From Thermodesulfobacteriota bacterium (GTDB lineage: Bacteria; Desulfobacterota; Desulfobacteria; Desulfobacterales; SURF-7), in contig JBMORA010000047.1 in the NCBI GenBank assembly GCA_049320885.1, positions 14,754 to 78,753 of the forward strand: a stretch of DNA of 64,000 nt. The letters are read 5' to 3'. The notes under the pieces were generated by a model. The model was not told the origin of the DNA, ran no database searches, and was given only the letters and a program-made list of their open reading frames with translations. The position numbers were made by a program, and so were the translations under genes. Positions 47,951 through 59,915 of this stretch are shown here, one piece after another (the stretch's first letter is position 1; the number at the start of each line of letters is the position of its first letter).

Positions 47951-48680
47951 TGCGTTTTTTGTCGCGCTTCCAGGAACCGGCCTTTTCCTTGCCGCGTTCC
48001 TTTTTGGCGGCCGGATCCTTCATGATGTCGAGGAGGAAGCTGCCCGGCGTTTTCCGTTTTTCGGCCTCCTCGTCCGGCTTTTTCTTCGGGGCGGCCTCCG
48101 GCTTCGGTTTGGGCAGGGGCGGGCCGCTGAAACAACCCGGGGCGATGCGGTCGGTGGTGAAAAGGGTTTCGCCTTCCGAATGAAATACCGCGCCTTTTTC
48201 CATCGCCTGCTGGACATGGACGGTCAGGATCACCGGAGACGGCTCCCGCCTTCCGGCCATGCGCTGGGCCATGATCGGGTCGGTGGCCAAAATCACCCGG
48301 GCATGGCGGGTGGGGAAAATGCCTTTTTCCAGGACCACGGGATAGGATTTGCGGGTGACGCCGGTGTACAACAGCTTCGGCGGATCCTGGGTGCAGGCGC
48401 CTTCATGAAGGTGCCCGCGCTGGACCGCGCGGATGCGCCGGCCGTCCGTTTCCACGGGGGGCCGGGGAACGGTCAGCAGGATTTCGGTGATGGATGCCTG
48501 GCGCACATGACGAAAGCCCTCTTCCTCGGCGACGGCCTGGAGCAGATCCCTGACCGGGATCCAGCCGTCGGCGTCCAACACCAGACCGAACTCGTCCGGT
48601 CTGCGTCCCAGGATATATTCCAATAACTTGGCAAGCTGCGCGGCAGATTTCGGATTTCCCATGGATGAAGTCCGGTTCAT
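47916..48680 (-). CDS. Divergent RNA 2'-phosphotransferase (KptA/Tpt1) family protein
   Basis: [25 protein letters not shown]; catalytic motifs degenerate. Confidence 0.75.
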   Translation of the reverse strand: MNRTSSMGNPKSAAQLAKLLEYILGRRPDEFGLVLDADGWIPVRDLLQAVAEEEGFRHVRQASITEILLTVPRPPVETDGRRIRAVQRGHLHEGACTQDPPKLLYTGVTRKSYPVVLEKGIFPTRHARVILATDPIMAQRMAGRREPSPVILTVHVQQAMEKGAVFHSEGETLFTTDRIAPGCFSGPPLPKPKPEAAPKKKPDEEAEKRKTPGSFLLDIMKDPAAKKERGKEKAGSWKRDKKRIRRDKQKYWPE

Positions 48681-48821
48681 GGTTTCTGGGTTGGTGACAG
48701 GGCCTTCGGGTTGACGTCGCCCGGAAAAGCATGTATGCAGCCCTTACTGACAATCAAACCGTTCCAACGCGAAAAAGTCAATACCGACTCGCTTCGATTG
48801 CGCGGAAAAAGGATGGGGGAC

Positions 48822-50117
48822 ATGAAACACGATAGATCGCGACAGCTGTTCGAGAAAGCCCAGACCCTGATCCCCGGCGGCGTGAACAGCCCGGTGCGGG
48901 CCTGCCGGTCGGTGGGGGCGGCGCCGCTGTTTATCCACCGGGGTGAAGGCGCTTATCTGTTCGACGCCGACGGCAACCGGTACATCGATTATATCGGCTC
49001 CTGGGGCCCCATGATTCTGGGGCATCGCCATCCGGAAGTGCTGGAAGCCCTTCACGAGGTCCTTCTGCGGGGCACCAGTTTCGGGGCTCCCACGGATCTG
49101 GAAGTGGAACTGGCCCGGATGGTCGTTGCGGCGGTGCCCTCCATGGAAATGGTGCGGATGGTCAATTCCGGCACCGAGGCGGCCATGAGCGCCATCCGCC
49201 TGGCCCGCGGGTATACGGGCCGGGACAAAATCATCAAATTCGACGGCTGCTACCACGGCCACGCGGACATGCTGCTGGTGGACGCCGGTTCCGGGGTGGC
49301 TACCCTGGGAATTCCGGGAAGCCCCGGGGTGCCGGAAGCCGCGGTGCAGCATACGCTTTCCGCGCCGTTCAACGATATTGCGGCCGTGGCCGAGTTGATG
49401 GCCCGGGAGGGGGATCAGATCGCGGCCGTGATCGTTGAGCCGGTGGCGGGCAATATGGGGCTGGTCCGACCGGTGGACGGTTTTCTGGAAGGTCTCCGGG
49501 ACATCACCGCCCGGAACGGCAGCCTGCTGATCTTTGACGAGGTCATGACCGGTTTCCGGGTGTCCTACGGGGGCGCCCAGGAATTGTACCAGATCTCTCC
49601 GGATATCACCTGTCTCGGCAAGATCCTGGGCGGCGGCCTGCCGGTGGGGGCCTATGGGGGGAAACGGGAAATCATGGAACAGATCGCGCCCCAGGGGCCC
49701 GTGTATCAGGCCGGAACCTTGTCCGGAAACCCGGTGGCCATGGCGGCGGGCATCGCCACCCTGAAGCAGCTGACCACAAAAGGGTTTTATGAATCCCTGG
49801 AGCGCAAATCCGCGGACCTCTGCCAGGGACTGGAACAGGCGGCGGCGGCCGCGGGAGTCATGGTGCAGGTGGACCATGTGGGCTCCATGGTGGGGCTGTT
49901 TTTCGCGGACCGGCCGGTGCGCAATTTTCAGAACGCCAAAACCTCCGATCTGCGGCGATTCGCCGAATTTTACAGCGGCATGCGGGAGGAGGGGATCTAC
50001 CTCGCCCCCTCCCAGTTCGAGGCCCTGTTCGTTTCCGCGGCCCATACGGACGAGGATATCCAGCGGACCATCGGGGCGGCCGGAAAGGTGATGCAAGCCG
50101 TTCTCGGCCAGGGGTAA
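48822..50117 (+). CDS. hemL: Glutamate-1-semialdehyde 2,1-aminomutase
   Basis: [46 protein letters not shown]. Confidence 0.96.
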   Translation: MKHDRSRQLFEKAQTLIPGGVNSPVRACRSVGAAPLFIHRGEGAYLFDADGNRYIDYIGSWGPMILGHRHPEVLEALHEVLLRGTSFGAPTDLEVELARMVVAAVPSMEMVRMVNSGTEAAMSAIRLARGYTGRDKIIKFDGCYHGHADMLLVDAGSGVATLGIPGSPGVPEAAVQHTLSAPFNDIAAVAELMAREGDQIAAVIVEPVAGNMGLVRPVDGFLEGLRDITARNGSLLIFDEVMTGFRVSYGGAQELYQISPDITCLGKILGGGLPVGAYGGKREIMEQIAPQGPVYQAGTLSGNPVAMAAGIATLKQLTTKGFYESLERKSADLCQGLEQAAAAAGVMVQVDHVGSMVGLFFADRPVRNFQNAKTSDLRRFAEFYSGMREEGIYLAPSQFEALFVSAAHTDEDIQRTIGAAGKVMQAVLGQG

Positions 50118-50125
50118 AACGGATT

Positions 50126-50950
<825 letters not shown>

Positions 50951-51021
50951 GGCTACCGTATGGCCGAAACCGGTTTGGATGTCAACGATTTCATTATCTT
51001 CAGCGGAAAGGCAGCAACGGC

Positions 51022-52446
51022 ATGGACCCGGAGAAAAACAGGATTCCTGAAGACGTCAAACGAATTCATCTGATTGCCGTATGCGGCACGGCCATGGGGG
51101 CCCTGGCCTGCATGCTGAAGGAGCTCGGTTATGAGGTGACCGGTTCGGATCAGAAGGTCTACCCCCCCATGAGCGATTTCCTGCGGGAAAAAGGGGTGGT
51201 CATCGCCGACGGTTTTCACGCCGACCATCTGGCCTACGGGCCGGACCTGGTGGTGGTGGGCAATGCCGTGAGCCGGGACAACGCCGAAGCCCGGGCGGTT
51301 GCGGCCATGGGGCTGCCCTATTGCTCCATGCCCCAGGCCCTCAATCATTTCGGCGTGGCCGACAAACAGTCCGTCCTGATCACCGGCACCCACGGAAAGA
51401 CCACCACCTCGGCCCTCATGGCCTGGGTGCTGTTCCGCGCCGGTCTGGACCCCACCTACATGATCGGCGGGATCGTCAAGAATTTCAACAGCAATTACCG
51501 GATCGGGCAGGGGCCCTATGTAGTGATCGAGGGGGATGAATACGACACCGCCTTTTTCGACAAGGGGGCGAAATTCATGCACTACTCCCCCCGTCTGACG
51601 ATCCTGACCAGCGTGGAGTTCGATCACGCCGATATTTTTACGGATTTCGAGCATGTGCGCCGGACCTTCGAGCGTTTTATCGGCGGACTGTCTTCCCGGA
51701 GCGACCTGGTGGCCTGGGGGGATGATCCCACGGTGGTGGCTGTGTCCGGCCGCACGTCCGGTGCGACCGCGCTTTACGGAACCGGCGCCGGGCTGGATTA
51801 CCAGCTGCGGAACCTGCGCATCGAGCCGCCTTTCAGCCTGTTCGACATCGCGGAAAAAAACGGAGCTGTCATAGACGGATTCCGGGTGCCCCTGGCCGGC
51901 GAGCACAACCTGCTGAACACCCTGGCGGTGATTGTGGCGGCTTCCAAACTGGGGGTTCCCCTGGAGACCACCCGGGCGGCCCTGGAAAGTTTCGCGAGCG
52001 TCAAACGGCGCCAGGAAGTCCGCGGCGTCAAAGCCGGGATCACCGTCATGGACGATTTCGCCCACCATCCCACCGCGGTCCGGGAGACCATCCGGGCCCT
52101 GAAACCCTTTTACACCAAGGGCCGCTTGATCGCCGTGTTCGAGCCGCGCACCAATTCCAGCATGCGCAAGGTCTTTCAGGAGGTCTATCCCGCCAGTTTC
52201 GACCAGGCCGACCTGATCTGCATCCGCAAACCGCCCCTGCTGGAAAAAATTCCGGCCGGCGAGCGCTTCTCCTCGGAAAAGCTGGCCGCCGACATCGCCG
52301 CCCGGGGGAAGCAGGCCCATTTTTTCGACGACACCGGCGAGATCATCGATTTTGTCAAACAGGAAGCCCGGGCCGGGGATCTGGTGCTGATCATGTCCAA
52401 CGGCGGCTTTGACAACATCCACGCCAGGTTGTTGGATTCACTTTGA
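51022..52446 (+). CDS. mpl: Murein tripeptide ligase
   Basis: CGTAMG, YPPMS, GTHGKTTT, EGDEYDTAFFDK, DDFAHHPTA, FEPRTNS, MSNGGF. Confidence 0.93.
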   Translation: MDPEKNRIPEDVKRIHLIAVCGTAMGALACMLKELGYEVTGSDQKVYPPMSDFLREKGVVIADGFHADHLAYGPDLVVVGNAVSRDNAEARAVAAMGLPYCSMPQALNHFGVADKQSVLITGTHGKTTTSALMAWVLFRAGLDPTYMIGGIVKNFNSNYRIGQGPYVVIEGDEYDTAFFDKGAKFMHYSPRLTILTSVEFDHADIFTDFEHVRRTFERFIGGLSSRSDLVAWGDDPTVVAVSGRTSGATALYGTGAGLDYQLRNLRIEPPFSLFDIAEKNGAVIDGFRVPLAGEHNLLNTLAVIVAASKLGVPLETTRAALESFASVKRRQEVRGVKAGITVMDDFAHHPTAVRETIRALKPFYTKGRLIAVFEPRTNSSMRKVFQEVYPASFDQADLICIRKPPLLEKIPAGERFSSEKLAADIAARGKQAHFFDDTGEIIDFVKQEARAGDLVLIMSNGGFDNIHARLLDSL

Positions 52447-52472
52447 GTGATCTTCCGTGGCCCCCAATTCCT

Positions 52473-52757
52473 TTATGCCGCTGTCTTCAAAGTGACGTGC
52501 ATTCCTTTGGTCGCAAGTGTGATGAGCATTTCCAGACTGAACTTTTCCCACTTGCCTCTTATGAGATCGGAGACCCGGGACTGGGTGGTGCCGAGAATCT
52601 CAACCGCCTTGGTCTGTGTAAGGCTTTTTGTTTTAATGAACTTCCGTAGGCCAGCCATAAGATCGGCTCTCATTTGAAGAATAGCGGCTTCATCCGGGGA
52701 GTACCCAAGATCAATGAACACATTGCCGGATGAATCGGTAACATGTTCATCGTTTAC
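52473..52757 (-). pseudogene. Orphan XRE/HigA-like antitoxin lacking a proper start codon and its toxin
   Basis: ...VNDEHVTDSSGNVFIDLGY...LTQ...TQSRVSDL..G; the conserved SSGNVF lies upstream of the GTG used by the ORF track; no ATG between it and the upstream stop. Confidence 0.6.
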
Positions 52758-52784
52758 CTGGTCCGCCGGTTGACTGTTTACTTG

Positions 52785-53138
52785 TTACAGTAACATTCTA
52801 TAATCTGTATTCAGGGCCGTCGCCAGTTTTTTGGCATTTTCCTTTCCGATGGAGCGGCGACCGTTTTCCATATCAGAAATATGCCGGCGAGGGATTTTTG
52901 CAAGTTTGGCGAGTTGATCCTGGGTCAAACCCTCCCTTGTCCGGTAAGCTCTGAGAGCGGTTTGTTGTTCCTTACCGATATATTCCGGAAACGCATCGCG
53001 GTAATCGATGCTCTCTTCAATATCAGCAAGTCCAAGCGATCCCGCAAATTTTCGGATTGCCTTTATCTTGTCCAACGGTCCAATAAATCTTGCCGTCTCT
53101 CTTTTTTCAGTAAGGCGCTTTTTTGTGTGTTCCTGCAT
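52785..53138 (-). CDS. XRE-family HTH antitoxin
   Basis: LRAYRTREGLTQDQLA...HISDMENGRRSIG; overlaps the toxin 3' end by 32 nt. Confidence 0.85.
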   Translation of the reverse strand: MQEHTKKRLTEKRETARFIGPLDKIKAIRKFAGSLGLADIEESIDYRDAFPEYIGKEQQTALRAYRTREGLTQDQLAKLAKIPRRHISDMENGRRSIGKENAKKLATALNTDYRMLL

Positions 53139-53384
53139 AAATCACCTCGACCAGCCGGATTTCTTTTTGGGATATTTCCCATACAGCCACGTAAGTTGGT
53201 TTCCCTTTTTTGAGATGGCAATGGTGCCTGCCATTTGATAATTTCAAGTAGTTGGGCCAGTCCCCTCTTACGGGTCCGGATTGTTCGATTTCCCGAAGCA
53301 GCTGGAAGAGAATCGCCCTGATTTTTTAGGGAGAGACGCCGCCTGTTTTTGCGCTTTTTTTGATAATCTGGCGTGCCAGCTCAT
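53107..53384 (-). pseudogene. RelE-like TA toxin, frameshifted in an A6 run
   Basis: Adding one A at 53322-53327 restores MSWHARLSKKAQKQAASLPKKIRAILFQLLREIE..WPNY..HCHLKKGKPTYVAVWE..EVIYAGTHKKAPY (92 aa). Confidence 0.85.
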
Positions 53385-53394
53385 GGTTTCTCTA

Positions 53395-53431
53395 TGCACC
53401 AAATATTAGTGCAAAAAAAGTTTGGTGTAAA
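53395..53431 (-). promoter_or_regulatory. TA operon promoter with operator palindrome
   Basis: TTTACA-17-TAATAT; TGCAC-N9-GTGCA spans the -10. Confidence 0.65.
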
Positions 53432-53467
53432 GCCTTTTCATCAAATGAAAATGGAATAAAACACGTC

Positions 53468-54334
53468 TCATCCTTCCGAAAAGCGCTTCAAGGAATAAAA
53501 AGCCAGCCCGCTTACCGGCCGGGGTGGTTTCTCTTTCTTGCTGATGAAGACATGCTTGAAACGCAGATAGTGGGCGCTCACGAATTCCTTGGAGCCGATA
53601 ACGCCCGCATCCGTAAAATAGCGGGTGCGATATAGGAAACGCCGCATGCGGTCCATCTGGAAATTGTTATCACGCTCTTTTTCGACGATCTCGCGGCGGA
53701 TGGCTCCGGTTTTTCCAGGCTTTTTGAGGCCGCCGGCCTCGTATACATAGCGCCGGTAAAGACGCAGCCGTTCAGCTGCGTCTGTTTCACCGAATTCGGC
53801 CAAGCCGAAATCCAGGGATAAAAATCCATCCTTATTGCCGGCCTGAATATGATAGGCGAGGGAACACCAGCGGTAATCCTCTGGTCTTTCAACCAGTCCG
53901 GCCCGCATGGGGTTGAGGTCGATATAGGCCAGGCAGTTGATGAGGGTTTCTCCATTTTCCACAATCAGGCTTTTGAACCGTTCCCCCCACAGGGTTCCCC
54001 GGCGGCCGTGATAGCGGTTGTAATACCTTGAAAAGGTCTGCTTGATCTCCCGGATGAATTCCGAAAGGCTGGACCATTTGTTCCGGAGCAGGGGGATATG
54101 GTCTTCAATAAAGTTTTTGTCATCACCGTAGTACAAGGTATAGCGTTTTTTTACCTCGTCATCGCCGACATGGTCCGCCGGATGCATCCGGACCAGGAGG
54201 TGAAAGTGGTTGCCCATGATGCAATATCCCAGGATATCGGCAAAATAAATTCTGGAAAGCCGTTTGATAATGGCAACGACTTGATCCTTGTCCACATCGC
54301 CGAAGGGAAAGCCGTCCAGGGCGGTCCGGGACAT
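53468..54334 (-). mobile_element. REP-associated tyrosine transposase (RAYT, Y1/HUH), 5'-truncated
   Basis: IMGNHFHLL (HUH), GTLWGERFKS, AYIDLNP, YRWCSL; the expected N-terminal YHV strand is missing. Confidence 0.85.
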
Positions 54335-54626
54335 GACATAGTTGGCTTCCAACACGGAAATCCAGGCTTTGGCGGTATTGTGGGTGATGCCGCAATCGGC
54401 TGCAAGAGATGACAGATTTAACAGCTGGCCGCTCCGGCCGGCGCAAAGCATCACAAAACGTTGAAAGCATGTGCACATCCGGATCTTCCAGAGACAAGTA
54501 GGGTTTATGGCCAAAAATTTTGCGCGCAAGAGTGGTTTTACCGGACTGGCGAGGACCGGTAATGGTGACCACCGGAAAGCCATGCAACAGGCTGTTCAGG
54601 GTTGCTTCGATATCGCGTGAAATCAT
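54335..54626 (-). pseudogene. Two fragments of an AAA_14/DUF4143 gene joined to the RAYT
   Basis: MISRDIE..TGPRQSGKTT..LEDPDV; then in another frame FQRFVMLCAGRSGQLLNLSSLAADCGITHNTAKAWISVLEANYV. Confidence 0.85.
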
Positions 54627-54851
54627 GGCGGAAATCTTTTCTTGCGTATAACTTATTAAAATTTCAATAAATAAATTTTGAGTGTGAACCGTATGACAAG
54701 CCAAAAGCGGTTTTTAATTACCGTTCCACCGTAAAAATAGTTATGTTATTTGTCAAAATGATTTACAAAAAACATATATTTCGGATTTGCTCAAGAAGCA
54801 GATTTAAGAAGTAACAGCTTTTCCCGCTCAAGAGCTTTTTCCCGCGTTGCA

Positions 54852-55361
54852 TCAGCCTTCTTCGATGGTTTTGAATTTGTCTTTGGGCGCGCTGCAGACG
54901 GGGCATTTTTCCGGAATGCTTTTGTCCGTGACATAGCCGCAAACCTGACAGACATGATAGGCCTTGGTTTCCTCCTTGATCACACTGTAAATGGCCCGTT
55001 CGTATAATTTGGCGTGAAACGTTTCGGCGTCCCGGGCCTGGCTGAAGGCCAGGGCTGCCGCTTTTTCATCTTCCTCCTCGGCCTCCTTGATGAAGTCGGG
55101 ATATACATTCTCGGAGATGGTTTTTTCCCGTTGAAACGAATTTTCCAGATTGGTGTCCGTGTCTTGGACGACGATTTCCCTGGCCAGATTCAGATGGCGG
55201 GTGGCATGGACCCGTTCCGCTTCGGCAATGGCGCGAAACAGGAGGGCGATCTGGGGGATATCCTCCTCTGCCGCTTTTTGGGCATACGCCAGCAAGCGGA
55301 AATAGGCTTTGGCCTCGCCGATAAACGCTTTGTAAATATTGTTTTTCGTCTTTTCTTTCAT
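54852..55361 (-). CDS. rbr: Rubrerythrin
   Basis: AFIGEAKA, AEAERVHA, ETFHA, CQVCGY...CPVC; GGAGG RBS. Confidence 0.9.
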   Translation of the reverse strand: MKEKTKNNIYKAFIGEAKAYFRLLAYAQKAAEEDIPQIALLFRAIAEAERVHATRHLNLAREIVVQDTDTNLENSFQREKTISENVYPDFIKEAEEEDEKAAALAFSQARDAETFHAKLYERAIYSVIKEETKAYHVCQVCGYVTDKSIPEKCPVCSAPKDKFKTIEEG

Positions 55362-55561
55362 GGCAGTCCTCCCGGCGGTTGCTGTGGTTGGCTGATCGGA
55401 TGCTGGTTGACTGGGTTCACAGATACAACAATTTCCAGGTGGTATCAACCGGGTTCATGCGAAATAGTTGCATGGCGGGCTTCCGTGGTATAAAAATGAG
55501 ACCGATGGCGGCCGGATGATATAACCGGCTGAGTAACTGTCCGTAACAAAGGAATATCCGT

Positions 55562-55759
55562 ATGCCCGATGGAACAAAACGAGCCGATATCGCAACCGGA
55601 CTGAACGTTTCCATTGTATTGAAACAGGACCAGAGAACGGGAAAGCTCACCGAGGGAATTGTCCGGGAGATCCTGACGAAATCCGCCACCCATCCCCACG
55701 GGATCAAGGTCCGCCTGGAAAACGGCCTGGTGGGAAGGGTGAAACGAATTCACGGATGA
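55562..55759 (+). CDS. YwbE/DUF2196 family protein
   Basis: VLKQDQRTGKLTEG, HPHGIKVRL..G.VGRV. Confidence 0.88.
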   Translation: MPDGTKRADIATGLNVSIVLKQDQRTGKLTEGIVREILTKSATHPHGIKVRLENGLVGRVKRIHG

Positions 55760-55786
55760 CCGCCTGGGGTGATGGATACACCGGTT

Positions 55787-56428
55787 TTATTTCGAGGCGG
55801 ACGAGTATTCCCTCAGGGTTTCGTAAACGATGGGCAGCACCGAGATGATCACGATGGCGATGATCACCAGCTCGAAATGCTGTTTGACAATGGGGATATT
55901 GCCGAAAAAATAGCCGGCCAGGGTCAGGGACGCCACCCAGAGCACACCGCCGACGACGTTGAAGACGATGAAGCGGGTGTAATTCATGGCCCCGATTCCG
56001 GCCACGAAAGGGGCGAAGGTTCGGACGATGGGAACAAAACGGGCCAGAATGATGGTTTTGCCGCCGTGCTTGTGATAGAACTCCCGGGTCCGGTCCAGAT
56101 AGCGCTGTTTCAGAAAGCGGATATCGCCGCTGAATGCCCGCGGCCCGATCCAGTGGCCGACCCAATAATTCACCGTATCGCCGGCGACGGCCGCCAGAAT
56201 GAGCAATCCAAGCAGAATGTTGATATCGAGCGCCCCGAGGGCGGCAAAGGCTCCGGCGGCGAAGAGCAGGGAATCACCCGGTAGAATCGGGGTCACGACA
56301 AGACCGGTCTCGCAGAAGATGATCAGCAGCAGAATGACGTAAGTCAATACGCCGTAGCGGCTGATCACATCGCCCAGCACCTTGTCGAGTTCCAAGAACA
56401 GTTGTATCAGATATGTGAGGGTCTCCAT
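55787..56428 (-). CDS. dedA: DedA family membrane protein
   Basis: FCETGL, LPGDSLLF, GDTVNY, ARFVPIVRTFAPF. Confidence 0.93.
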   Translation of the reverse strand: METLTYLIQLFLELDKVLGDVISRYGVLTYVILLLIIFCETGLVVTPILPGDSLLFAAGAFAALGALDINILLGLLILAAVAGDTVNYWVGHWIGPRAFSGDIRFLKQRYLDRTREFYHKHGGKTIILARFVPIVRTFAPFVAGIGAMNYTRFIVFNVVGGVLWVASLTLAGYFFGNIPIVKQHFELVIIAIVIISVLPIVYETLREYSSASK

Positions 56429-56460
56429 AAACCTTCCCCAATGAGTTTCCGGTTTATCGG

Positions 56461-56511
56461 ATGGAATTCCATATCAATTCCATATCGATTAAGGATATGG
56501 AGAGGATATGA
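56461..56511. promoter_or_regulatory. Symmetric four-box repeat array upstream of dedA
   Basis: CATATC-N5-CATATC-N7-GATATG-N5-GATATG; includes AATTCCATATC x2. Confidence 0.6.
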
Positions 56512-56681
56512 CGCGGCCGCGGTCCTTCCCCGGTCAGCCTGCGACAGCAACGCCCGTGAATACCAGATGGCGGAGGGCTTTGTCAAGCAACCCGCCTTGT
56601 CAGGTTCCCGGTCCCCCGCGTCAGCGGATCTGTCACGCGGATTTGGAATTTCTTGTCCGATGGTTGTATCCGGCTCCCTTT

Positions 56682-59600
56682 TTATCCGATGGTTTTGGCA
56701 TGGGCCGTTTCCCAGCGCTTGTCCAGGAAATAGAGAATCGGAACCGTCATGCGGGAAAACAGCAGCGAGGCGATTTCTCCGGCCATCAGGGAAATGGCCA
56801 GCCCCTGGAAAATGGGGTCGAAGAGGATCACCGAGGCGCCCACCACCACCGCCGCGGCCGTGAGCATCATGGGCCGGAACCGGACCGCGCCGGCGTCGAT
56901 GACCGCCTGGTCCAGGGGGGCGCCTTCCTTCAGACGCAGCTCGATGAAGTCCACCAGGATGATGGAGTTTCTCACCACAATGCCGGCCCCGGCGATGAAG
57001 CCGATCATGGATGTCGCCGTGAAAAAGGCGTCCATGGCGAAATGGGCCGGAAGAATGCCGATGAGGGAAAAGGGAATGGCGGCCATGATCACCAGCGGGG
57101 TGGAAAAGGACTGGAACCAGCCCACCACGAGCACGAAAATCAACACCAGCACCACGGCGAAGGCAATTCCCAGATCGCGGAAAACCTCGTAGGTGATGTG
57201 CCATTCGCCGTCCCATTTCATGGAAAAGCGCTGGTCGCTTTCCGGCAGGGAGGCGGTGTATTGCTCGATGCCGTATCCTTCCGGCAGTTGCAGGGAGTCG
57301 ATTTTGTTGCGCATCTCCAGGATGGCGTAGACGGGGCTTTCCTTGGCCCCGGCGACATCGCCGATGACGTAGACCACCGGCATGAGGTTCTTATGATAGA
57401 TGCTGCGATCCAGGGGCGTCCGCCGGACCTTCACCAGGTCGGCGAGGGCCACCAGGCCGCCGCTGGGGGTTCCGATCTTCATGGCCTGGATGCGGTCCAG
57501 ATCCGCCCGCATGGCCAGGGGCGGTTGCAGGACGATATCCACATCCTCTTTTTCCAGGGGCAGATGCAGCAATCCGGCGGGTTTCCCCGACAGGGCGGTC
57601 TGGATGGTCTGGGAGATGTGGGCCACGCTGATGCCGTGCAGGGCGGCTTTTTCCTGGTCCACATCGATCTGATACCGGGGTTGATCGTCTTCCATGATCC
57701 AGTCGACATCCACCACGCCCTCGGTTTCCTCGAAAATGCGCCGGATTTCCAGGGCGATTTCCCGCTGGCGTTTGTAATCCGGTCCGTACACTTCCGCCAC
57801 CAGGGTGGAGAGGACCGGGGGGCCGGGAGGCACTTCGGCGACCTTGACCCGGGCGCCGTGACGGTCGGCGATGGCCTGGAGGGGCGGGCGCACCCGCTTG
57901 GCGATGGCGTGGCTCTGGTGCTTTCTTACGCCTTTGCCGGCCAGGTTGACCTGGATGTCCGCCAGATTCGGCGCTTTCCGCAGATAATAATGGCGGACCA
58001 GGCCGTTGAAATTGAAGGGCCCGGAAACCCCCACATGAATCTGGTAGTTTTCCACCTCGTTGACGGTTTTCAGGTATTCGCCCATTTCAAAGGCCACGGC
58101 GGCGGTGTCTTCCAGGGTGGCGTGTTCCGGCATGTCCAGGATTACCTGGAATTCGCTCTTGTTGTCGAAGGGCAGCATTTTCACCTTCACCCAGCCGACG
58201 GCCACCATGCCGCAGGCCAGCAGCAGGAGCAGGGCCGTGGCCGCCAGAAACGACCAGCGCCAGACCGGATGGTGGATGAGGTGGCCCATGGCCCAGCGGT
58301 ATAACAGGGTGGTTTTTCCTTCGGTTTCATGGGCATGGTCGTGGGATGAATCCGCCGCCGGCCGCAGCAGGCGCCAGGCGGCCCAGGGGGTGACGATGAA
58401 GGCCACGATGAGGGAGAAAATCATGGCCGCCGACGCCCCCACGGGAATCGGCCGCATATAGGGGCCCATCAGGCCGCCCACGAAGGCCATGGGCAGGATG
58501 GCGGCGATGACCGTCAGAGTGGCCAGGATGGTGGGATTGCCCACCTCGTCCACCGCCTCGATGGCCACTACGGCTCTGGAACGGTTTTCGTTGCCCGGCA
58601 GCCGATAATGCCGGACGATGTTTTCCACCACCACGATGGCGTCGTCCACCAGGATGCCGATGGAAAAGATCAGGGCGAAAAGGGTGATCCGGTTCAGGGT
58701 GTAGCCGTACAGGTAGAAGGTGGCCATGGTGAGGGCCAGGGTCACCGGAATGGCGAAGGCCACGACCCCGGATTCCCGGTGCCCCAGGGTGAACCAGATG
58801 AGAATGGTCACCGACACGATGGCGATCATCATGTGGAGCAGGAGTTCATCGCTTTTTTCCTTGGCGGTTTCGCCGTAATGCCGGGTGACGGTGACATGAA
58901 TGTTGTCCGGAATCAGCGAGCCCTTCAAATCCTCCACCCGTTCCAGTACCTTTTTCGCCACGCCGATGGCGTTGGTGCCCTTGCGTTTGGCCAAGGTCAG
59001 GGTGACGGCCGGGTAGGGCTCCCCGATGACGGCGCCGCCGGTCTTGACGGTTTCCCTGGAAGCCGGCCCCGTGCCGAAATAGACATACTGCTCCGGACAC
59101 GGCGGCCCGTCGCTGATCTCGGCCACATCCGAAAGATACACGGGCCGGCCCTGATGGGCCGCCACCACGACATTGCGGACATCGTCGGTGGAGGCGAGGA
59201 AATTTCCGGTATGGACCACGATCTGGCCTTTGGAGGAGGGATAGGTCCCCGAATCCGTGGCCTGATTGGCGGCGAAAACGATCCGGCTGACGCTTTCGGC
59301 ATCCAGACCGTAAGCCGCCAGGCGCGTGGGATCCAGCCGGACCTCCACCTTCCGGCCCTCGCCGCCGATGAGGGTGCTGAGGGAAGTGTTGGGCTCCTGT
59401 TTGAGGCGTTCCTCCACTTCCGCCGCCACCCGGCGCAGCAGATAGGGCTCGACTTCCTCGCTCCAGAAAGTCAGGGCCAGGATGGGGACGTCGTCGATGT
59501 AGCGCGGCTTGATCAGGGGCGGTGAGATGCAGCAGGGAATGCGGTCCATGTTGGCCATGAGCTTCGACTGGAGCCGGACGATGGATTCCTCCTCATTCTG

Positions 59601-59915
59601 GCCCACCAGGAAGCGTACCACCGCCATGGACATTCCGGGCGCGGAGGTCGAATACACGTATTCGACGCCGGGTATTTCCCAGAGCAGTTTTTCCATGGGC
59701 CGGGTGACCCGCTGCTCCACCTCCGTGGCGTCCGAGCCGGGCATCTGGACGAAGATATCGATCATGGGCACGATGATCTGGGGTTCCTCCTCCCGCGGCA
59801 GGGCGATGACCGCCGCCAGGCCGAGCAGCACCGAGGCGATGATGATCAGCGGGGTGAGTTTGGAATCGATGAAAAACTGGGCGATGTTGCCGGCCGGTCC
59901 GAAAGATTTGCTCAT
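56682..59915 (-). CDS. RND efflux permease
   Basis: [39 protein letters not shown]. Confidence 0.93.
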   Translation of the reverse strand: MSKSFGPAGNIAQFFIDSKLTPLIIIASVLLGLAAVIALPREEEPQIIVPMIDIFVQMPGSDATEVEQRVTRPMEKLLWEIPGVEYVYSTSAPGMSMAVVRFLVGQNEEESIVRLQSKLMANMDRIPCCISPPLIKPRYIDDVPILALTFWSEEVEPYLLRRVAAEVEERLKQEPNTSLSTLIGGEGRKVEVRLDPTRLAAYGLDAESVSRIVFAANQATDSGTYPSSKGQIVVHTGNFLASTDDVRNVVVAAHQGRPVYLSDVAEISDGPPCPEQYVYFGTGPASRETVKTGGAVIGEPYPAVTLTLAKRKGTNAIGVAKKVLERVEDLKGSLIPDNIHVTVTRHYGETAKEKSDELLLHMMIAIVSVTILIWFTLGHRESGVVAFAIPVTLALTMATFYLYGYTLNRITLFALIFSIGILVDDAIVVVENIVRHYRLPGNENRSRAVVAIEAVDEVGNPTILATLTVIAAILPMAFVGGLMGPYMRPIPVGASAAMIFSLIVAFIVTPWAAWRLLRPAADSSHDHAHETEGKTTLLYRWAMGHLIHHPVWRWSFLAATALLLLLACGMVAVGWVKVKMLPFDNKSEFQVILDMPEHATLEDTAAVAFEMGEYLKTVNEVENYQIHVGVSGPFNFNGLVRHYYLRKAPNLADIQVNLAGKGVRKHQSHAIAKRVRPPLQAIADRHGARVKVAEVPPGPPVLSTLVAEVYGPDYKRQREIALEIRRIFEETEGVVDVDWIMEDDQPRYQIDVDQEKAALHGISVAHISQTIQTALSGKPAGLLHLPLEKEDVDIVLQPPLAMRADLDRIQAMKIGTPSGGLVALADLVKVRRTPLDRSIYHKNLMPVVYVIGDVAGAKESPVYAILEMRNKIDSLQLPEGYGIEQYTASLPESDQRFSMKWDGEWHITYEVFRDLGIAFAVVLVLIFVLVVGWFQSFSTPLVIMAAIPFSLIGILPAHFAMDAFFTATSMIGFIAGAGIVVRNSIILVDFIELRLKEGAPLDQAVIDAGAVRFRPMMLTAAAVVVGASVILFDPIFQGLAISLMAGEIASLLFSRMTVPILYFLDKRWETAHAKTIG

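Noticed and set aside
53254..53266. REP-like GGGCCAGTCCCC
   Set aside because: It lies inside the toxin coding sequence (GDWP codons) and is probably coincidental
54815..54846. Short direct repeat AGCTTTT(T)CCCGC
   Set aside because: Only two short copies with no matching copy at the other island edge, so an att site or target-site duplication is unsupported
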